DNA from: an uncultured Chloroflexia bacterium
Lineage (GTDB): Bacteria > Chloroflexota > Limnocylindria > Limnocylindrales > CSP1-4
Direction of reading: 5' to 3'
Assembly: GCA_963771795.1 (NCBI GenBank)
Contig: CAVYUR010000002.1
Location: 23,557 to 87,556, forward strand
DNA length: 64,000 nt
Under the pieces are notes generated by a model. The model did no database searches. It was given only the letters and a program-made list of their open reading frames with translations, and had not been told where the DNA came from. The position numbers and the translations under genes were made by a program. Every line of letters begins with the position of its first letter. The stretch's first letter is position 1. Positions 58,528-64,000 of this stretch are shown piece by piece.

Positions 58528-59805
58528 TCAGGGCGCGATCGACTCGCGGATGATCTGCGCAAGGTCGTCTGCGGTCGCCGGCCGCGGGCTCACGGCGAGC
58601 AGCCGTGTCTGCTTGAGGGCGCCATCGACGAGCGCGTCGACATCGTCCGGGCCGTAGCCATACGACGCCAGCCCGAGTGGGGCACCCACGTCGCGGCAGA
58701 GCGAGTCGATCGCTTCAGGGAGGGCATCGAGCCCGCGCGCGCCACCGGTGCCCGTCAATAGCCGAGCCGCCTCGTCGTGACGGTCCGGGCTCGTCGGATA
58801 GGTGAACCGGAACGCGGCAGCGGCGGTTGCGACGACCGACAGGCCGTGGGGGACGATCGGTCCCTCGTCGGGATAGTCCGGCGCACGGTAGTCGCGGACG
58901 AGGCCGGCGATCGGGTAGGCGCAGGCGTGCGGCAGGTGCACTCCGGCGTTGCCGAAACCGATCCCCGCGAACGTCGAGGCGAGCATCATGCCCTCGCGTG
59001 CCTCGAAGTCGCCCGGCTGGTCGACCGCACGGCGGAACCAGCGGCCAAGCAGCTCGAGCGCCCGGACCGCCCAGATATCGCTGATCGGGTTGGCGCCGTT
59101 GTAGCCCGGCCGCCCGCCCGGCCCGCCAGAGGCCGGCCGCGAGTCGAATGGCCGGGCTGTGTACGACTCGAGGGCGTGGCACAGCACATCCATCCCGCTC
59201 GCGATGGTCACTCCGCGCGGCAGTGACGTGGTAGTCAGCGGGTCGACGATCGCCAGCCTTGGTCGAAGCGCCGGGTGGCTGATCCCGGTCTTCACCCGGA
59301 GCGCCTTAACCCCCAGGACGCAGACCGCGGTGCTTTCGGCGCCCGTCCCGGCCGTCGTCGGCATGGCGATCAACGGTTTGAGGGGCTGCGTCGGTGCGCG
59401 GCCGGCACCAATCGGGGGGTTGAGGTACTCGCCGAGGTCGCCCTCGTTCGTCGAGATCAGGTTCATCGCCTTGGCGGTGTCGATGACCGAGCCACCACCC
59501 ACCGCAACGTAGCCGTCGGGCGCCTCCGAGCGCGCCCAGTCGCCTGCCTCGCGGAGGGAGTCGTCCGTCGGTTCGATGTGAGCGTTGGCGAAAACGACCG
59601 TCTCGACGCCTGCCGCCGCCAGCGAACGCGTCGCGCGACCCGGGAGGTCGGTCCGGGCGAGCCCGGCATCGGTCACAACCGCCACGCGTCGGAGCCCGAG
59701 CCCTGCGGCATGGTGCCCGACCTCGTCGAGCGCGCCGCGGCCGAAGACGAGGGGTGGCGCACCCCAGGTGAAGACCGTTTCGGATGCTTCGGGGGCCGCT
59801 GTCAT
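58528..59805 (-). CDS. Hydroxyacid-oxoacid transhydrogenase (iron-containing ADH family)
   Basis: GGGSVIDTAKA, PTTAGTGAE, GMDVLCHALESYT, GFGNAGVHLPHACAYPIAG, VPHGLSV. Confidence 0.8.
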   Translation of the reverse strand: MTAAPEASETVFTWGAPPLVFGRGALDEVGHHAAGLGLRRVAVVTDAGLARTDLPGRATRSLAAAGVETVVFANAHIEPTDDSLREAGDWARSEAPDGYVAVGGGSVIDTAKAMNLISTNEGDLGEYLNPPIGAGRAPTQPLKPLIAMPTTAGTGAESTAVCVLGVKALRVKTGISHPALRPRLAIVDPLTTTSLPRGVTIASGMDVLCHALESYTARPFDSRPASGGPGGRPGYNGANPISDIWAVRALELLGRWFRRAVDQPGDFEAREGMMLASTFAGIGFGNAGVHLPHACAYPIAGLVRDYRAPDYPDEGPIVPHGLSVVATAAAAFRFTYPTSPDRHDEAARLLTGTGGARGLDALPEAIDSLCRDVGAPLGLASYGYGPDDVDALVDGALKQTRLLAVSPRPATADDLAQIIRESIAP

Positions 59806-59906
59806 GTCGACGCCGGGGTTCACCTCTACTGCAATCTAAGCGGTGCGGAGCAACCATGCTACACGGAGAGTGCGCGGCGGAGTCATTCTTTTCGTAGACT
59901 TCGGGG

Positions 59907-60989
59907 GTGAGCTCCCCCTCGGCGCGTCGCCTCGTGATCCTGACGGAAGGGCAGTGGCACGTCCACAACGCCAAGACCGCGATCGGCGTGATCCGCTACG
60001 GCACCGACGACGTCGTCGCACTCCTTGACTCGACGATCGCAGGGCGAAACGTTGCTGAATGGCTGCCCGGCCATGACATCCCCGCGGTCGCGACGCTGGC
60101 CGAGGCGCTCGCCGTCGACCCGGCACCAACGGCGCTCCTGATCGGAATCGCTCCCACCGGCGGCCGCCTTCCGGCGCCGTGGAGGACGACGATCCTCGGG
60201 GCGATCGACGCCGGCCTCGACATCCTGTCCGGCCTTCACACATTCATCGGCGACGATCCGGAGTTCGCCGCGGCCGCCGAGCGTGCCGGGACGAAGATCA
60301 TCGACTATCGGCGGCCTCCGGACCGGATGGAGACCGCCGTAGGGCGACGCCACCGGGCAGGCACCCGGGTCATCCTGACGGTCGGGACCGACTGTGCGAT
60401 CGGCAAGATGTCCGTGGCTCTCGAGCTGCGCAAGTCCGCCCTCGCTGCCGGCCGGTCGGCCGTGTTTGTCCCAACCGGCCAGACGGGGATGATGATCGAC
60501 GGCTGGGGCGTCGCGGTCGATCGGGTCATCAGCGACTTCGTCCAGGGCACCTGCGAATGGCTGCTCGACGAAGCGGAGGCACGCGGCGACTGGATCATCG
60601 TCGAGGGGCAGGGTTCGCTCGACCATCCGGCGTATTCGTCCGTGACGTTGGGCCTCATTCACGGCACAACGCCACACGCGATGGTCCTGGTCCATAAGCC
60701 GGGGCTCGTCGACCACAACTTCGATCACCTCCCGGATCGGTCGTTCCCGATCGCTCCCCTGGGCGCCTTCATCACGCTCCACGAGCAGGTCGCGAGCCTC
60801 GTCGCGCCGTCGAAGGTCGTCGCGATCGCGGCCAACACATCGCTCATCGAATCGGACGACGACGCGCGGACCGAGATCGCGCGGATCTCCGCGGAGACCG
60901 GTCTTCCGTGCGATGACCCGGTCCGGTTCGGGGCCGATCGGCTGTGGGGCCAGATCGAGGCCGGCGTCGAAGCATTGCCGTGGGTCTGA
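59907..60989 (+). CDS. DUF1611 domain protein (DgcN-like P-loop/N-acetyltransferase family)
   Basis: AKTAIGVIRY, IGIAPTGG, SGLH, VGTDCAIGKM, TGQTG, EGQGSL.HP.YS..TLGLIHG. Confidence 0.85.
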   Translation: MSSPSARRLVILTEGQWHVHNAKTAIGVIRYGTDDVVALLDSTIAGRNVAEWLPGHDIPAVATLAEALAVDPAPTALLIGIAPTGGRLPAPWRTTILGAIDAGLDILSGLHTFIGDDPEFAAAAERAGTKIIDYRRPPDRMETAVGRRHRAGTRVILTVGTDCAIGKMSVALELRKSALAAGRSAVFVPTGQTGMMIDGWGVAVDRVISDFVQGTCEWLLDEAEARGDWIIVEGQGSLDHPAYSSVTLGLIHGTTPHAMVLVHKPGLVDHNFDHLPDRSFPIAPLGAFITLHEQVASLVAPSKVVAIAANTSLIESDDDARTEIARISAETGLPCDDPVRFGADRLWGQIEAGVEALPWV

Positions 60990-61001
60990 GGTGAACCGGG
61001 C

Positions 61002-62054
61002 GTGGCGCTGAAGCTCAGCCACGAGGTCCTGCATCTCAACCTGCGCGAGCGCTTCGTCATCGCCCGCTCGGAGCCCGGCGCCGGCAAGACGGTGACGACG
61101 GTCGTCGTCGAGCTGCGCGACGATCGTTTCCCGGACCTCGTGGGCCTCGGCGAGGGCTACCCGGACCGCTACTACGGCGAGACGCCGGAGACGATGGCGG
61201 TCGTTCTGCCCCTGCTCCTGACGGCGGTCGGGGAGCCTGTTATGACCGCGACTGGGCTCGCCGAAGCCGACCGTGCGATGGACTCGGCGATTGCCCATCA
61301 CGGCGGCGCAAAGTGCGCGCTCGACATCGCCCTCCACGACCTGGCGTCCCAGGTCGCCGGGCAGCCGCTGTATCGATTTCTGGGCCTGTCGGCTGACATC
61401 CCACCGACCGACTTCACGATCGGGATCGACGAGCCGGCGATCGTCGCCGAGCGCGCGTCGAGGGCGGCCCATTTTCCAGCGCTCAAGATCAAGCTTGGTG
61501 GACCGGACGACCTTGCAACGCTTGAGGCCGTTCGGGCGGTGTTCGGCGGGCCGATCAGGGTCGACGCCAACACGGGATGGCAGCCCGACGACGCGCTGGC
61601 ACTCCTGCCGGAGCTGGAGCGGCTCGGGGTCGAGCTGATCGAGCAGCCATTCCCGGGACATCGACTCGACCAGCTCCGCTGGCTCCAGGAGCGCTCATCG
61701 TTGCCGATCGTCGCCGACGAGAGCGCCGTTTCGTTCGAGGCCCTCGAGAGCCTCGTCGGGGTCGTCGACGGCATCAACGTAAAGCTGGCGAAGTGCGGCG
61801 GTGTCGGGCCGGCGCTGCGGATGCTGAGCCATGCGAAGGAGCTCGGATTCCGGACCTTCCTCGGTTGCATGGAAGAAACGACCGTCGGGATCGCGGCATC
61901 GGCTGCCGTCGCGTCACTCGCCGATTGGGTCGATCTAGACGGCAACCTCCTGCTTGCCGACGATCCATTCGAAGGCCTGGAGCTCGGCCCGGAGTGCCGC
62001 TGGCGGCTGTCCGATCGCCCGGGCATGGGGGTCGGCCGCCGACCTGCTGCCTGA
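61002..62054 (+). CDS. Dipeptide epimerase (L-Ala-D/L-Glu epimerase / DgcA-like, enolase superfamily)
   Basis: KIKLG, RVDANTGW, IEQP, ADES, NVKLAKCGG, GCMEET, DLDG. Confidence 0.85.
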   Translation: MALKLSHEVLHLNLRERFVIARSEPGAGKTVTTVVVELRDDRFPDLVGLGEGYPDRYYGETPETMAVVLPLLLTAVGEPVMTATGLAEADRAMDSAIAHHGGAKCALDIALHDLASQVAGQPLYRFLGLSADIPPTDFTIGIDEPAIVAERASRAAHFPALKIKLGGPDDLATLEAVRAVFGGPIRVDANTGWQPDDALALLPELERLGVELIEQPFPGHRLDQLRWLQERSSLPIVADESAVSFEALESLVGVVDGINVKLAKCGGVGPALRMLSHAKELGFRTFLGCMEETTVGIAASAAVASLADWVDLDGNLLLADDPFEGLELGPECRWRLSDRPGMGVGRRPAA

Positions 62055-62083
62055 CATCAGGCACGTACCGCACGGGCGTTCAC

Positions 62084-62097
62084 CGAACACCCGTTCG
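62084..62097. promoter_or_regulatory. LexA (Cheo-type) SOS box
   Basis: Perfect CGAAC-ACCC-GTTCG. Confidence 0.65.
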
Positions 62098-62130
62098 TGT
62101 GGATAAGTTGGTGGACGAGATGGTGGACAA
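62098..62130. promoter_or_regulatory. DnaA-box-like trio with a 12-bp period
   Basis: TGTGGATAA (perfect) at 62098, GGTGGACGA at 62110, GGTGGACAA at 62122. Confidence 0.45.
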
Positions 62131-62308
62131 ACCCTCTTCCGGCGCTGGAGCGTCGGGCCTACGATGGCCACTCGGTCGCCAAGCGCTTCCCAGAGAGGGG
62201 TGAAGCGCGGAACCGATCTCCCGCCCAGGGGAGTCACCCGTGGTCGGTCTGTCCCGCCGACCGTCGGGATGGAATCGTCATGTCATGGAATAGGAGGGCA
62301 CGCCATCG

Positions 62309-62773
62309 ATGGATCCAGGAACTGCGCCGGAGCGTGCATCATCGGTCGATCCCGCCGCAGGCGAACCGGATGCCATCGACTTTGTCCGCTTCTGCTACCG
62401 ACGCCGGCACGTCGGCTGGCCGGAGCTGTATGACGAGATGTGCGCCGTCGCCGGCCGCGGTCTCTACCACGGCTATTGCGCCGAGGACCTGAGCCGCATC
62501 GGGATCGGATTTGCCTTGTACGAGATGCCGGCGCTCGCCACCATCGTCCAGCGCGTGGTCTCAGAGGACCAGGTGCGACGCCGATTGAGCGCCCAGGCCG
62601 TTCGGGTCCACTACCCAGACGGCGAGACCGTCGCCGAACCGGTGGCCGGTCAGAGCAATTCAACGCCCCAGAACGCCCCAGTGGCGCCCCAGCCGACCCG
62701 CACCGAGCAGGCCCCGGCAGAGACGCCCGAAACCCACCCCAGGCTGGTTGCGATGTCGGCCGGCGCGCACTAG
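62309..62773 (+). CDS. Hypothetical protein
   Basis: AGGAGG SD. Ordered N-terminal domain (DFVRFCYRRR..WPELYDEMC) and Pro/Ala/Thr-rich tail. Confidence 0.65.
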   Translation: MDPGTAPERASSVDPAAGEPDAIDFVRFCYRRRHVGWPELYDEMCAVAGRGLYHGYCAEDLSRIGIGFALYEMPALATIVQRVVSEDQVRRRLSAQAVRVHYPDGETVAEPVAGQSNSTPQNAPVAPQPTRTEQAPAETPETHPRLVAMSAGAH

Positions 62774-62838
62774 GGACGCTGTCTTCGACGGCGCCCAGAA
62801 CGCCCTCGATCTCTTTCCCGCCGATATCGGCGGACAAC

Positions 62839-62872
62839 GGAGGACCCCCGCCGGTCAGGGCGGGGGTCCTCC
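62839..62872. terminator. Bidirectional terminator-like hairpin between convergent genes
   Basis: GGAGGACCCCCGCC/GGCGGGGGTCCTCC 14-bp stem followed by TCGTTTC. Confidence 0.75.
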
Positions 62873-62906
62873 TCGTTTCATGCGACCGGCGCGGACCAGG
62901 CTCGGA

Positions 62907-63134
62907 CTAGGCTCGGATCTTGCGCCTGGCCATCTCGCCCTCGATCTGGCGCTCCGCCTCGACGTAGCGGTCGATCTGCTCGCGGACTTTGTTGGCCTCC
63001 GGCGTATAGAGATGGACCTGTTGCTGCAGAACGTACGAGAGCCGCCGGCTCGTCATCCGAACATGGTCGAGATTCTTCATCAGGACGAGCGGATCCATCG
63101 CCGCCAGGTCGGACGGGTGGTACATCTGCTTCAT
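62907..63134 (-). CDS. Small helical hypothetical protein (75 aa)
   Basis: Leaderless TAGAAT at 63141-63146, 6 nt before ATG. Non-shadow amino-acid composition with a coiled-coil-like C-terminus. Confidence 0.7.
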   Translation of the reverse strand: MKQMYHPSDLAAMDPLVLMKNLDHVRMTSRRLSYVLQQQVHLYTPEANKVREQIDRYVEAERQIEGEMARRKIRA

Positions 63135-63162
63135 GACCGCATTCTAGGGCGGAACGGAGCCG

Positions 63163-64000
63163 TCAGATGGCGCGGAGCCCGCGTTGCGGCCACTCCCAGT
63201 CGACCGGCGTTGCCGCCCCCGCGAGCGCGCGACGGCGTCCGGCTTCGGTCGCTCCCAGCACGAGGATTCGGTCGGTCTTCGTCGCTCGTCCAGCCTCGGC
63301 TCCCCAGAGTTTCGTCATCTTCCGGTTCGCCGCGACGTCGTCGAGGGCAATGCCAGCCAGGCGGTATCCCTCAGGTTCGGCCGCCGACTCCCAGACCCGC
63401 TCCGCAAGGCCAACGGCACCCGCGATGGGCCGCCCTCGGTCGAACTCGACGTCACCGATGACTAGGACGACGACCGCGTCGTCCGTCAGGATCGTGCGGA
63501 GGCCCGACAGGACGTCGCGCAGGAACGCCAGGTAGGGCTCGCGGTGGTGGGCATCGTCGAGCGCCGCGTCGATGGCGCGCGCATCGAAGCCGAGCAGCCA
63601 GGTCCGGAGCCAGTTGTAGTAGCCGTACTTGACGACCCGGAGGTAAGGCGGCGACGTCACGACCAGGCGAGCTCGATCGGGCAGGCCGCGCTCGCGCAGC
63701 GACGCTCTCGCCCTCGGCCCGACATCGCGCGCATCGCCGAGCAATGCAAGCCCTGGCGTTTGCGGCGGCGCCTGCCGGTAGAGCCTCGTCAGCTTGCGTT
63801 CGAGGCCATCGAAGACGTCGCGATCGGGTGACTGGAATGCCGTTCGCGCGGCGAAGTCGCGGACGTAGCGCGGGGCCATGCTGAACGTGTTCGGCATGAT
63901 CTCCGACAGGTACGAGGCGCTCTTGCCGTGGAGGATCCCGGTCAGCCCTGCGGCGAGGAACCGATCGGTCGGGCGGGCAAGATCGAGCGCCGTCCGGACG
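63163..64000 (-). CDS. Amino-methyltransferase (N4-C/N6-A DNA methyltransferase-like), 5' partial
   Basis: Motif IV VVTSPPY, VVLVIGD. The frame stays open to the window end (VRTALDLARPTDRFLAAGLTGILHGKS). Confidence 0.75.
   Translation of the reverse strand, partial: VRTALDLARPTDRFLAAGLTGILHGKSASYLSEIMPNTFSMAPRYVRDFAARTAFQSPDRDVFDGLERKLTRLYRQAPPQTPGLALLGDARDVGPRARASLRERGLPDRARLVVTSPPYLRVVKYGYYNWLRTWLLGFDARAIDAALDDAHHREPYLAFLRDVLSGLRTILTDDAVVVLVIGDVEFDRGRPIAGAVGLAERVWESAAEPEGYRLAGIALDDVAANRKMTKLWGAEAGRATKTDRILVLGATEAGRRRALAGAATPVDWEWPQRGLRAI

Noticed and set aside
62098-62130. Replication origin
   Set aside because: Only one perfect DnaA box, no AT-rich unwinding element, no dnaA/dnaN context.

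Overview
GC-rich (roughly 70% by eye) chromosomal segment of a probably monoderm bacterium. Chloroflexota or Actinomycetota is inferred from GAAC-N4-GTTC LexA boxes, a sortase, an F420-type LLM enzyme, Bacillus-like bkd genes and many leaderless promoters. The housekeeping backbone comprises a thiamine-precursor-type ABC transporter, patD, mutY, nnrE, glpD, plsY, a split branched-chain 2-oxoacid dehydrogenase operon with lipA, add, an acyl-CoA dehydrogenase, a 15 kb MoxR/VWA/DUF58/ABC operon, tRNA-Glu(CUC), an Opp-type ABC transporter, a hydroxyacid-oxoacid transhydrogenase, a DUF1611/dipeptide epimerase pair and a partial DNA methyltransferase. Two candidate undescribed systems stand out. (1) An XRE-HTH + PD-(D/E)XK nuclease gene (13595-14293) sits between two direct-repeat modules 870 bp apart. 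Each module has two GGGTGGT-type cores exactly 51 bp apart with a variable 36-nt interval, and a gene-less solo copy with identical geometry lies at 8884-8963. This suggests a new nuclease-associated mobile or REP-like element. (2) A four-gene operon (21576-25463) encodes an atypical radical SAM enzyme, two paralogous membrane-anchored peptides sharing an invariant 20-residue LLGLAGLACAACADPSNGID motif (8 synonymous, 0 non-synonymous differences) and a PrsW-family protease, which makes it RiPP-like. Five genes carry apparent +1 frameshifts at short homopolymers, most likely long-read errors.
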